Part shown: positions 1-11,984 of the stretch, one piece after another
Position numbering within the stretch: position 1 is the first letter of the stretch
How the letters are laid out: every line of letters starts with the position of its first letter
Source of the DNA: Octopus sinensis
Taxonomy: Eukaryota
NCBI RefSeq assembly: GCF_006345805.1
Contig: NW_021829917.1
Coordinates: 1-36,212, forward strand
Reading direction: 5' to 3'
Length of the DNA: 36,212 nt
Position numbers and translations under genes: made by a program
Notes under the pieces: model-generated
What the model was told of the DNA's origin: nothing
Databases searched by the model: none
Seen by the model: only the letters and a program-made list of their open reading frames with translations

Positions 1-980
1 TCTTTCTTCTTTGTGGTAGTATTGAGGATGTTTTACATCAAATAAAGTCTCACCGAATGCTCAAATCTGCTTTGATTTCCAAGGACCAGGACTTTTAAGG
101 TTTGTTTTTTTATAATGTTAGTCGATGGACTGTCATCCGACTCCTGTTTATGACCCTTGTTTTTTGCTGCCTGTGTTTTTTAGTTACCTCACGAGGGTTA
201 GGTTTTATATCGACAATTTTAGAGCACTTTCCTCAAATTGAGTTGTTTATTCGACAGAATTGTTGCTTTTTTGATTGGTGGTCTTTCCAGTTTATGTCGA
301 TTTATACGAAAGTGTCGATGAGTGTGTTGATTGAGTTATCCCGGCATGTTCGGGAGAATTCCTTCTCTTATAAACAACTCGTATTGCAGTTACTGGACTC
401 GATCTTTGCAGCAGTGACTGAGGAAAAAACAGGCTGAGTGTTCTCCATTCGAGTTGTTTTGTTGCAATTTCGGCGGGCGATTGTTAATTCTGGTGTTATT
501 ATAAATTATATTTGTAGGAACGTCGTTGACGGTGAGTATTGTGGGTGTGAAATTGGTCGTGGAAATGTTTGCCAAAATTCGATAAAAATGTTGCACAATT
601 TTATGCTTGATGGGTCTGGAGATTGTGAATGTATCGAGGATTTGTTTTGCTTGTGTTGTGGCATGGAGTCAAGTCATATTCTGATTACATCATTCTCAAG
701 GAATCATTCGGAAAGGATTTGGTTCCTTTAGTCCTTGAATCGCCCACTGTCGATTCCTCTAAACTTTCTCTTCTTAAAATTTCAATTGTGAAGATGTTTT
801 TGGCAGATCCTGAAATTAAAGCTGATATTTTGGAGAATACTGATTTGAAGACTTGGGTGTGGATAATGTTGCGAAATGAGTATGTTTTTTGTAATATTTT
901 ATTAGTGCAAGCAAAGTATATTTACAGGATATTTGGGATTCTGTTTCATCTTGAATTATTGAATGTTTTTATAATTTGAT
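1..980 (-). pseudogene. Probable decayed LINE ORF1 (gag-like) relic
   Basis: A/C-rich minus strand like the LINE at 7.2-9.7 kb. A degenerate knuckle-like stretch (PK..NNSNGEHSAC, ~430-490) resembles the last zinc knuckle of Jockey/I ORF1. Many stops and frameshifts. The + strand ORFs here look like antisense shadows. Confidence 0.3.
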
Positions 981-1188
981 TTTGTAATAAAAATTATTAT
1001 AGGTTAATGTGAAATAGGATTTGTGATTAACCAATTTTTGACAAAATCAGGGACTAATTCTTAGAAAAAACACCGGTAGGTCCAGTGGCAGTGCTGAGAA
1101 TTTAATTTATCACAAATTTAACTAAAATTCTCATTTTGACTCGAATATTCGAAAATCCTAGTGAATAAATAGTCATTTTCCACAAATA

Positions 1189-2620
1189 CAGCTGAACCCT
1201 GCCCCAACAAAAACCCCGCCTTGGGGCACCCTCGATTTTTTTTTTTAGTACATTTTTCATCAATATTTTCCAAATTTGGAAATTATCAAACCCCACTATG
1301 GTGCACTTTCTAATTTATTTTAATATTATTACATAATATTTTTCGAATAAGATAATTTTTGAACACTTGATACTTATCTTTGTGTAATGCCTTCCAAGAT
1401 TTCTATTGAAATTAAAATTGCAAAGTGTCAACAAACTTATTCTGAAATAAGAGTTGCAAAAAAATCAAGATAAGCAAAGGCACTATTTCCCGAATAAAAA
1501 AACATTTCTTCTTCATTAATACCGGATCAGTCATTTCATGATTAGTTCAAATAGATGAAGTTGAACAAGTTTCTAATGAAATATATCAATTTGAAAAACT
1601 TGAAGAATTAACTTTTAATGCATTTCGTCGATTGAGAGAAGATTCCTTTTCTATTTCGGGTACATTAATCAAAGTCATCGCGAAAAAATATCGACAAATT
1701 GGATTCTCGAACATCTTTTAAAGCCTCAAACGGTGGTTAGACAGATTTAAGAAGAGACATGATCTAGTTTTTAAAACCATTTCTGGTGAAAAAAATTCAG
1801 CAGATAGAAGTAATTTGCCAAATTTTTTCTTTCAATTAGATAATTTATTGAAAACTTATGGTCATGAAAATATTTTTAATTGCGATGAAACATCTTTTTA
1901 TGTTAAAAAATTTCGTTCAAGATCTAATGTTGAATCTATGGAAGAATTTCATGGTACATAATTCAGTAAAGAAAGAGTAACAGTGCTCCTTTGCTGTATT
2001 GCAGCAGGAAAAAAATTAAAATAGAAATAACCTCGTTGTATGAATAGTTGGTTTAATTATATTGGAGCATGGATTTTGATTGTGAAAAATTCGGTATTTT
2101 ATATGCAGCGTCAAAAATTCCTGGATGAACAGAGAAATTTTCAAAATGTGGCTATCAAAATTAAAATGTTTTAAAGTATATTACACAAACTTCATAATTG
2201 ACTTTATGTTCAATTTGAGAGAAGATACAACAATTAATCTTAAATCTTTAAAAAATATAGATATGCGACAGATAAAAGCGTGGGTGGAAGTTAAAGAAAC
2301 AGCAATAATTAATTGTTGGAAGAAAATTGAGAAAAATAGAAAAGAATTAGTAGAAGATAAAAATTGCGGGAAGAAGTCCTGGAAAAAATAATAACTGAAG
2401 TAATATCTGAAGAAAACGAATATCTAGTCAAAAGTCGCGAATTTTATAATAAAATTGGTACAAGAGACAAAACAACGATATTAGAAACGTATGAAATTAT
2501 GGATAAGTGGAAATGTAGCGCAAAAATACATCTTTTGAGACACTCCAAATGAGTTTAGACTTCAACTTGGAAAAGAAATAAGAAAAATTGAAATTGACTG
2601 ATTATTCCAAAAAAAAATGT
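1189..2620 (+). mobile_element. pogo/Tigger transposon relic with transposase pseudogene
   Basis: TA+CAGCTGAACCCTG left-TIR-like start at 1187-1201. Degenerate motifs FKASNGWLDRFKKRH (~1720-1760), IFNCDETSF (~1870-1900) and SKERVTVLLCC (~1965-2000). No right TIR found. Confidence 0.8.
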
Positions 2621-2655
2621 TTTTAAAAATAATGATTTATTTTAATCAAAATCAA

Positions 2656-2950
2656 GGTTCTTTTCTATTTCATGAATCACGAAAATAGGCAATAAATTAA
2701 TTAATGAAAATTTATTTGAATATTAGAGGAAAAATTAAAAAAATGAACTATGCCGATTTAGTAAATATTATTTATAAATTTTTTTAAATAAAATATACGC
2801 AAAATTGAAGGACTACGAACTCCCTCTCTCTGAGATGGAGTCCGTAGCCTTCCTTCAGGAGGTTGGAATCATTCCAACCGAAAAGAAATGCGGCAAAAGA
2901 CATCTGATGACCCTAAAGCGAGATGGTACAACTTGGGTGTGCGATAAAAG
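2656..2950 (+). mobile_element. Merlin/IS1595 (ISXO2-type) transposon left end with transposase N-terminus, copy 1
   Basis: Starts GG(T)TCTTTTCTATTTCATGAATCACG. Encodes MNYADL..DYELPLSEMESVAFLQEVGIIPTEKKCGKRHLMTLKRDGTTWVC, typical of Merlin N-terminal Zn-ribbon regions. Only 4 differences from copy 2 over ~144 coding nt. Confidence 0.7.
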
Positions 2951-3245
2951 CGAGCTGTCTTTCAATCCTGCGAGCCAGTACTTAATAGCTAGATTTTTTT
3001 AATAATTTCCATTTATAATAAATTATTCGTCAATGACAGTTATAGTCTGCTACAATATTTTGATTAATTGTCAATCATTAGTTAATTTTAGCAAATGAGC
3101 TGTTTTATTCTAATTCAGATCATTCGTATGTTTTTTATATTCTGTTCAAAATTTTTCCATCTGCTTAGATATTAGAATAAAAGTTTCTTATTTATATTCC
3201 CCGTTTGTGACAACGTACCTTCTATTCATGATCGATTGACCACTC
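2951..3245 (+). repeat. Unidentified repeat/gene family X, partial copy
   Basis: Shares blocks gagctgtctttcaat, gtctgctacaatatt, cattagttaatt and ccccgtttgtgaca with the other five copies. Confidence 0.8.
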
Positions 3246-3309
3246 AAATCATGCATAATCATACTCAAAAAAAAGATCGCATGTTAGATTTATGAATAGA
3301 AAATTGTCA

Positions 3310-3545
3310 ATGAGTATCAATTTATAGCTCGGGCAGCTGAGTCATTGAGAACGTGTTCGTCACTCTTGAGTGTTCAGCCTTCGACTGCCAGCGGCTGTCT
3401 GTCTTGAAAACTCCGTACGGATTTGACGAGTGTTGCCGTCAGGAATGTCTCATCACATACGGACTCCACATGGAACCGATCTTTATATGGGATGTTGAGA
3501 TTTCTAGTCTTATTCAGCTTTACGTCAATCAAAAAGGAACTATAC
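3310..3545 (-). pseudogene. GC-richer coding fragment, possibly VASt-domain-like
   Basis: Minus frame LIDVKLNKTRNLNIPYKDRFHVESVC resembles the VASt (GRAMD1) xPYxDxFxV motif. One in-frame TGA follows. Confidence 0.25.
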
Positions 3546-3804
3546 AATTAAAGTAATTGAAGAACTTCCTACTTCAAAATTAATTAATAACAATTAACTT
3601 TCTTGTTCTGTCTTGATCTAAAAAACTGTGGCTGGCGCAAGTAAAGACTTAGGTACATACACTTATAAATTTTAATTTATTTACTATCAGCTTATTAAAT
3701 TTTAGTTTATTTTATCGTAGGGTTTCTTGATTTATTTCGGATTTGTCACAACCAGAGTCAGATTTGTTGCAATCAAAATCAGAATTGTTGATAAAAATCA
3801 AAAT

Positions 3805-4215
3805 TGCATTTAAAATCTCTAACGGTCAAAAATTTTAAAACTTTTCGTGGCATTTTAATTTTTTGGTTTGAAAAATGAGGCTTTTCCTTTTTATGCCCCG
3901 CAACCACTTAAGGTCGCTTTTATGTTCAAGTGTCGCATTTATATGCTTTTTGCTATGATATGAAGTTCCAGGTATAGATTGCTATCCATATGGCCATGTG
4001 GCCATTCTTAATTTACTATTAAATACAAGTAAAAAAGCTAATCAATGACAATTTTAGTCTGCTACAATATTTCAATTAATTTTACGCGGGAATTGTCTTT
4101 CAATTTTGCGAGCTAGTACTTAATAGCTATATTTTTACCAATTTCCATTTATAATAAATATTCGTCAATAATTAGTTAATTCTGTCAAATAAGCTGTTCT
4201 ATTCTAATTCAGATC
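3805..4215 (+). repeat. Family X, most complete central copy
   Basis: Contains ccatatggccatgtggcc and a 29-nt GT-AG segment (4029-4057). Splicing it gives ~57 codons with a single TAG, which is CAG in the 2.95-kb copy. Confidence 0.8.
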
Positions 4216-4459
4216 AGATTGAACCTGACGGATCGACGTCCTTATCCAGTTTTTTTTATATTCGAGAAGTAAAGGATGATGCCCACAGCGAAATTTTGGG
4301 AGCTCGACCCGATCTTTGCGGCTGAGATCCTTTTCAGCTGTGTTTATTTTTGGGGATGATTGTTGAGGATATTGTTTGTGGTTAGTGCGTTCAAGGAGGA
4401 CTTAGTTCTTTTATTTCCGATAATGTTTTGTTGGAGAATGAGTTTAGTATACGGCAGTA

Positions 4460-7196
4460 CAGTCTGTACCAAAACATTATAATATTGGCAAATTTATCAA
4501 TAAATCATTTGTATCTCTACTTATATCAATTTTTAAGTGTTAATTTTTAGCATGTAATTTCTAAATTGACATATCTAACTATTCTTAAAGAAATTAATTC
4601 TTAAAAATATATTACATGCTAAAAATATATTGTCATGTACCAAAACATTATAATAATTTTTGTCATGTAACAAAAGATTATAATATTTTCTAGTATTTGA
4701 TGTTTTTCCTTCGAGATTTTAGTACAGCATCTACTCTTTTTGGCATTGATTCAATTAAAACTTTTATTTCTTCAATTTTAATTTCATTCATATGATTTTC
4801 AGTTCATTTTTCAGATCCTCTATCGTTTTTATTCCACGAGCCATAACTTTTCGTTTCATTATTCCCCAAAGATTTTCGATTGGATTGAGATCAGGCGAAT
4901 TAGGAGGCCATTCATAAGATTAATTTTTTGGTTTTGAATCCACTCAATCTTATCTTTTGCAGTGTGTGCAGGAGCATTGTCCTGTTGAAAATGTAATTAC
5001 ATCCATCATATAACTCAGAGGTTTCCAAATGGGGAGGCGCGCCTCCCTAGGGAGGCGTTGACTCGTGTCAAGGGAGGCGCGAAAAGTATTTCAGAAACAT
5101 TTTTAGAAAATTATATCTATGTAAAAAACGTGATATATTCCGATAATAAGAGTTATTAATTTAAAATTATATTTTTTCAAAAATTTATTAATTTATTAGA
5201 CAATTAAATAATTTTAACACATGAATAAATTCTTGAGTGGTTTGCAAAAGAAAATTCACGAATAATAAAGATTTTGACGATGGTTCAAAAAATCAAAATG
5301 ATTGGAATATAATCAATACCACTGATTAGAAGGGGTTTGAACTCAAAGATCAAGTTGCAGATTTTCTTGATGAAAATGATATCTTGAAGATGCACAGTTG
5401 TTCAGGGATGATGACTTTATTGTCAAATTTGCCTATTTAGTTGACATTTTTGGGAAATTGAGTATATTGAATAAATCAATGCAGGGACCACAACTACATT
5501 TATTCTCTCAAAAGGACAAAATAAAGCATTTATGAAAAAATTGGTATTATGGAAATCAAATATACAAAAAAAATATCTATGACATGTTTCCACTTTTAAA
5601 CACCTTTTGCGCCATAGTGAACATTGAAGCAAACAAAGACATATTTGCTGAACATTTGGATTGTTTTGTTGAAGCATTTTGCTCACTATTTTAAAGATCT
5701 CGACTGTAAAATGTTCGAATGGATACAGAATCCATTTATTGATGAAGAAGATAATCAATTTGCATTGACAACTTTTGAAAAAGAAAAATTGATAGAATTG
5801 TCATGCGATACATTATTGAAAAACAAAATTTGAGAGAGAACCGCTAATTTCTTTTTGGTTGAATGTAAGAACGGATATGAAATTTTGTCGAAATAAAGCA
5901 ATGAAAGTTTTGTTGCCATTTGCTACTTCATATTTATGCGAAACTGGATTTTCTGCACTAGCTGCAATTAAATCTAAATATCGAACTCGTTTAGTAGTGA
6001 CTAATGAGCTAAGAGTAGCACTCTCTGCGATGACACCAAGATTTGAAAAAACTTTGCGCCAAGATGGAAAAAAAATTATCTCATTAACTTTTTGTTTAAA
6101 AAATTGTTTTTGATAAATAATAATGGTATTATATTATGGAATATAAAGGGAGGCGCAAGATTGTACTTTTCTCTAAGGGAGGCGCGTAAAAAAAAGCTTG
6201 GAAACCTCTGATATAACTTTTGACCAGTTGAAATTGAATTTTTTTCTAATATTTCTCTGTATACTAATGCATTTACAGTTGAATCAATAATTGAAAGCGG
6301 GCTCAACCCATTAAAACTCCTCGCTCCCCACACCATAGCTCCTTTTCTGTAATGAAGCTTTTGATTTATGCATGAAGGATGAATTGTTTCATTTCTTTTA
6401 CGCCAAACATACGCACCTTTTCACCCAATTGACAGCAGAAACTTAGATTCGTCAGAAAAATAACTTTGGGCCACTGTTCTATAGTCCAGTTTATTTTCCT
6501 TTAGCCCAAGCTAATCTTTGCTTCTGTTGTTTTAATGTTAGGAAGGGCTTGCAAACAGGGTTCTGGAAAAAAATCCTAATTGGTTTAGACGTCTGCTTAT
6601 TGTCATTCGGCTCAAATTAATTCGTGAGGAATAAGTTTTTCGGGAAATTTCCTTAATAGAGATGATTCTATTTTCCATCAAAACTCTTTGAATAACTCTT
6701 TCTTCTCGTGAAGACGTTAATTTCGGCCTTCCCTTTCGACACGATTGTTTTTCTCGTTATTCTGCTTTCGCAACACGTTGGAAACTGATCCTTGTGAGCA
6801 ATTTGTGATTTCCGCGATTTTGTTTTGACTAAGTCTAAAGTATGGAGATTTAAAATAATTTTTTGGTATCAAATGACAAGTCGCTTTTTCGTCCCATGTC
6901 AATTAAATAATGACGTGTTAAATTTAAAATAAATTTGTTTTGTATGAAATATACAAATTATTATAATGTTATGGTACATGACAAAATTATTATAATGTTA
7001 TGGTACATGACAATTTGTACCACCCCAACCAGATAAATAGTTAAAGAAAGTAAAATCAAATAATTTTTTAAATAGTTAAAGAAAGTAAATTTGAATTTGG
7101 ATGTAAAAAATTAAGTCATAAAAATGGATATTTGTGAAAAATAGAGTTATATTTTAACTAAATTTACGAGTATTTATAATGTTTTGGTACAGACTG
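4460..7196 (-). mobile_element. Tc1 (DD34E) DNA transposon with IR-DR ends
   Basis: 23-bp TIR CAGTCTGTACCAAAACATTATAA, TA TSDs at 4458-4459 and 7197-7198, two inner DRs at each end. Transposase pseudogene ~6902->4690 with FSDES, QQDNAPAH and WPPNSPDLNPIE; 34 residues between D and E after correcting one frameshift. Confidence 0.95.
5016..6210 (+). mobile_element. hAT/Charlie (ZBED5/SCAND3-like) internally deleted element inside the Tc1 transposase
   Basis: 13-bp TIR CAGAGGTTTCCAA and 8-bp TSD ATATAACT (5008-5015, 6211-6218). Encodes the transposase C-terminus (AYLVDIFGKL, LLPFATSYLCETGFSAL). Confidence 0.95.
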
Positions 7197-9759
7197 TAGT
7201 GGAGTGCTAGTGTGTTTTTGACGTTCCTGTCAGGGGTTGGTGTGTTGTAAGATTGTGACTTTGGTGGTTTTTGATCATATTTGCTGAGGCAAAGAATTAG
7301 GTTCCAAAGATGTCGAAATGGTCTGCAAGTTTGATCATGTTGGTTCCTGATGCATATAAACGGTCTGAGACTTCATATAGCTTTTAATGATTTTGAGTGC
7401 TTGGTTTTGGATTAATTGTAGTTTCTGAATAAGTGTTTTTGACAACAGAGGCCCCCATGATGGACTTGCATACTCCAATATTGAAAGAATGTATTGTTTG
7501 TATAGGAGTATTAGGCATTCGTTGTTTTGTCCAAAGTCTGTTCCTGCGAGTGAGCGGAAAGCATTCATTTTGCATTTGAATTTGTGTGTTGGCGAAATGA
7601 TAAGGAGATATCGTACGTTATCCAGAATATTTTGACTGTTTTAGCTAGGGGAATTTGAATATTTTTAATTTTGATTGTCGGAGTGAAATTTGTTTTCTTG
7701 TACTGTTAGAAGAGTGGCTGATGATTTAGTTAGTGATAGGAATCGCCCGTATAGAGTAATCCAGTTATACAGAATATTAATGAATGGTTAAACTTGGCGA
7801 CATGCTGCAATTGGATTTGAGTTTGATGATGTGACCGTAGTATCATCTGCGTATAGGAACAGAAATACATTTTCGTGGGTGGTGTAGAAATGTCACTTAA
7901 GTAAGCGTTGAAAAGTGTAGGGGATAGGACAGAGCCCTGAGGTACTTTATTGGGGAGGATGCGTGTATTTGAGTGTTTTTTGCTGAATTGTACATAAACT
8001 TTTTTCCCACTGATGTAGTTGAATAACCATCGTTTTGAGTTATTATCGATATTTTTATTGATGATTTTTTTATTAGTGGGAGTCGCGGAATGAAGACAAA
8101 AGCTTTGTTTAGATCTAGGGTGATTAATATTGCCCGAAGCGAAGAATTTTTGTGTTAAATCCGTTTGATATTGTTTGCGTCATATTTGTGAGTAGAGTTG
8201 TCGTTGAATAATATTTTCCAAAGCTATGTTGGATTTTGCTAATTGGAAATTTATGAGATATTTTGTTTAGACGTTTTATTTTTTTGATGTGGTGTACAAA
8301 AGTGTGATTGGTCTGTGTGATGATGGGTCGGCAGCTGGTTTATGTGGTTTTAATTTCGTGATAAATTTCCCATTTTCCATATCCGTGGAATGGTGTTGTT
8401 GTTAAAAATTCATTTAGTATTGACGTGAGATACTGTAATTTATGATCACCCAGTCCTTTAAGGTGGAAACTGCTAATGTTGTCGGGTCCAGTTGTATGGG
8501 ATTGTTTAAGATTAGCAATTACGTTTTTTTACTTTTTCTTAGGTGAATGGATTGAAATTGTGGTAAAGGAAATATTTCTGTACTCGTGGGTTTGTGTGAG
8601 TAGTAGTCTCGTTTGCAGTGGCTAAGGTTTTTTAAAGTGTTTCATCACAGATTGGATGTTCTTTGTCAGTAGGTAGACCATTTTGGATTTTATAACTTAT
8701 GTGTGTCTCCGTTATTGAAGATAACGATACTGTTTATTGTTTTGAAGAGTGTTTTGTTTTGTAGTCAAGGGTATTTACGAACTGACGCCAGTTTTCTTTT
8801 TTCCTTTCCTCGAGTTTGTTAAATATGTTCTTGTTTAATTCCCTTAGTCTAGTGGCAATATTCGTAATTCCTGACCGAGATGTATTGTGTTTGAAATTGT
8901 CGCGAGTTTTCATTAAATCTGCTATTCCTTGGTGTAGTTCCCCACTGGGATGTTTTTTTTCGCTGCTTTCGAGATATTATCAATATAAAAAGTTGTTGGG
9001 TTATTTGACGGGCGTTTTCCCCCCGTAATTTCCGAGAAAGTTTTTCTGTTTCGTTTTTATAGAGGCTCCATTTGACTTTTTTGTAGAAGGTGGTATTGTG
9101 GTTTATTGGTATGGTTGGTGGGTGTATTTTTGGGGTTTGAGTTGTGGGGATGTATACATAGGATTATACTTGGCCATTAGTCACATATTGGTTGCCGTGG
9201 GGTTTTTGGATTCGATTTGTACAATGATGTGCTGTGTGCATTGAAGTCCCTAGGAGAAGGAGTTTATTCATGTCGTTGAAGGTTTACAGATGTGGATTGT
9301 TTCGAGAGATGAGCATGGAATGGTAGTTGAGGTTGGAGGGATGTAGATATTGATTATATTGAAATCGGATTTCATGTGTTTTTTTTTTTAGAGATTTTAG
9401 CGGTTTTTTTTTTCATTGACTTATGTTTGAAATCGTTTGATGTTTTGATATATGAGGTATTTTTACTGATGAACGTAATTAGGCCCACACCGGAGGAGGT
9501 CTGTCAAGTCGTATAATAAAATAATCTGGAGTTTTTGACGTTTTGTGTTTTTCATTTAATTTGTTTCCTTGTATTAAGGCAATATCGATGTTGTATGAGA
9601 TAATAAAGTGTTTGAGCTCCATGAATTTGTTTTGGATTCCGTTGATGTTCAATTGAGAATATTTATCTTATTCCGACGCTTTGGACTGGAAATGGTGTGA
9701 TCTTTTTGGATCTGTCGGTTAACCAAATGAATAGCTCTTATATTTGGTTAAGTTTTACG

Positions 9760-9800
9760 TAAGGAGTGGACACCACAAGAAAAATGGACACCACACGCAA
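9760..9800 (+). mobile_element. Solo DNA-transposon terminus (TA+AGGAGTGGACACCAC with repeated TGGACACCAC)
   Basis: Tandem subterminal motif at ~9768 and ~9786. No matching opposite end seen in the window. Confidence 0.35.
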
Positions 9801-9920
9801 AGCTCCGCTAGCGTGCTATAATCGTTTTTAAGTTTTATTATTTAGTGAAATAGCGAACACTCTCCGACTTGTAGTCAAGTCATTCGAGATAATTCTCCTA
9901 TCGAGTTTGATGTCAAAGAA

Positions 9921-9970
9921 CAGTGGTTCTCAAATGCGACCCTTCAATTTATTTTTGCGACCCCCTCAAA
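9921..9970 (+). mobile_element. Solo hAT/Charlie terminus
   Basis: CAGTGGTTCTCAAA matches the TIR at 15635. No partner end with a matching TSD. Confidence 0.55.
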
Positions 9971-10310
9971 TCAAACTGACAACTCTACATTCATCATTCT
10001 GGGTTACCCTGAAGTGCTCTTTATTATTGTGTCATTTTTTTTATTATTATTTGCTTTCTTCGTCTATATTTGCTATATATTCGTTAACAGTTATTTAATA
10101 AAGTCTACTTTTTTTTACTTATTCTTAAAAAGGGAATATGGACAATACTACTGTTCTTTTAAAATATATTTATGAACTAATCAATTATGTTGTAGAAATG
10201 TGATTAGCTTATTTTTTGGTCTATCTAAACAAATTGTAATTCAATTAGTGATTACATTGTTGATTTTGCTATCTTTTTTGAATTCGATAAATTCAATGTT
10301 TTTCTTTATA

Positions 10311-11982
10311 CACCCCTCGTCACCGAAAACCGGACAAGCCATTTTTTATGATTTTGTTAATTAAATACAAAAAATCAAAAACTTACGCTTAATATTTTTA
10401 CTTAATAATAATAATTGTGTATTAATTATTAATTATGCTATTATAGAACTAATATTTAAAGCAGAATTTCAATTTAGTTATGACATGTAAAACCGGACAA
10501 AACTTTTATAAATCAAAAAGTCTTTGAAAAGAAGCTAAAATGTATAGTTAAAGAAGAAGTCACCTTCAGATTTCCTGAAAGGACAAATTATTGCATTTTA
10601 TAATCATAATATGACTTATCGAATGATTCCTGCAAGTATATAAGTCCCAAAATCAACTGTATCAGATGTGATTAAGAATTCGAAAAAACTGGATCAATAA
10701 CAGACATCCGGGAACTGAAAGAAAAAAATTCGACAGAGGAAGAAGAATTTTGATTTTAGTAGAACTATCAAATAATACCCCTAATAAAAGTGCCAAAACT
10801 CTAGCATCGAAATTAAAATTATGTTCAAAAAAATTTCAACAAGAATATTATCTCGAGTTTTAAATAAGAAAGGATTATATTGGCCGAGCTGCTAAAAGAA
10901 AACCTCTTATCCACAAAAAATATAATTTTAAGATGTGAAATTACGAAATCATTTTTAAGCATTTCCGACGAGACATGGAAGTCGGTAATTTACTGATGAT
11001 TGGTCATTTGATATTTTTAATACCAATAAGCATCAAATAGTGTATAGAGAAAATGGTTCTGCATACAAAAAATGCAATATTATACCAACTGTAAAATTCG
11101 GTGGTGGAAAAGTAATGGTCTGGGGCAGTTTCTCATATAACGGAGTCGGTAATCTTGTTTAATTGATGGAATCCTGAATAGCGCAAAATATATTAATATT
11201 TTATCCAATAATATATTCGAATGTGCCAAAAAATTCGGGATAGACTCATTTATTTTACAACACCTACAGCTATCAAACACCATCTCTTTCGAAACTCTCA
11301 TTGAGAGAATAAAAAAGGGCATCAATGGTATAAAGAAACGATCCGCCCTCAACGATCTTGTGTGGGCTCAAGAGAGCAGCACAGAGCGAAGCTGAGAGCA
11401 ATGATCAAATTCGTCGGGATCACCTAGTTAGTTTTTTCTTTTGGTTAACGGTGGTCTTGGGAATAAATTTGATTTGATTTGAACAGGATAATGCACCTTG
11501 CCATAAATCTAAAATGGTACAAGATTATAATAAAGGAAAAAACATTATTTACTTCAATAGCAGGGTCAATCACCGGATCTAAACCCGATAGAACATATAT
11601 GGGCAGAAATGAAGAGAGAATTATCAAAAATGTAGTCAAAACACAAATGAACTAAAGGACAAATTGACAGAAATATGGAATAATTATCACCAGAATTATT
11701 GAAAAAACTAGTAATGTCTATGAAAAATAGATGTTACAAAATTTTCAGTGCAAATGGTGGACATATTAACTACTAAATGACTTGTTTTTATTTTTGTCCG
11801 GTTTTACATGTCATAAGTAAATTGAAATTCTGCTTTAAATATAAGTTCTATAATAGCATAATTAATAATTATTACACAATTATTATTATTGAGTAAAAAT
11901 ATTAAGCGTAAGTTATTGATTTTTCATATTTAATTAATAAAATCATCAAAAATAGCTTGTCCGGTTTTCGGTGACGAGGGTG
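10311..11982 (+). mobile_element. Tc1 transposon with long (~190 bp) IR-DR ends
   Basis: TA TSDs at 10309-10310 and 11983-11984. Near-perfect long inverted repeats with outer and inner AAAACCGGACAA DRs. Decayed transposase (~10540-11777) with VMVWGSF, FILQ|QDNAPCH and SPDLNPIEHIW. Confidence 0.95.
11263..11481 (+). mobile_element. 219-bp 5'-truncated LINE 3' end (CVG..HR..GIT family) inside the Tc1 QQDN codons
   Basis: Ends RPQRSCVGSREQHRAKLRAMIKFVGIT*, then a short UTR and (ATTTG)n tail. 4-bp AACA duplication (11259-11262, 11482-11485); removing the insert restores ttacaacaggataat. Confidence 0.85.
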
Positions 11983-11984
11983 TA

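Larger units (their letters stand above)
4222..9760 (-). mobile_element. Degenerate APE-RT non-LTR retrotransposon (I/Jockey group), interrupted by a Tc1
   Basis: APE motifs INILQLNINGI (~9670), INIYIPP (~9340) and LLGDFNAH (~9240). RT motifs LDLNKAF (~8110), PQGSVLSP (~7935) and YADD (~7850). The C-terminus (RVELPKFRCGHHPLL) continues at 4230-4459 beyond the Tc1. Confidence 0.9.

Noticed and set aside
4631-7012. Repeated 24-nt units resembling a CRISPR array
   Set aside because: They are Tc1 IR-DR binding sites, only two in tandem per end, with no spacers or cas genes.
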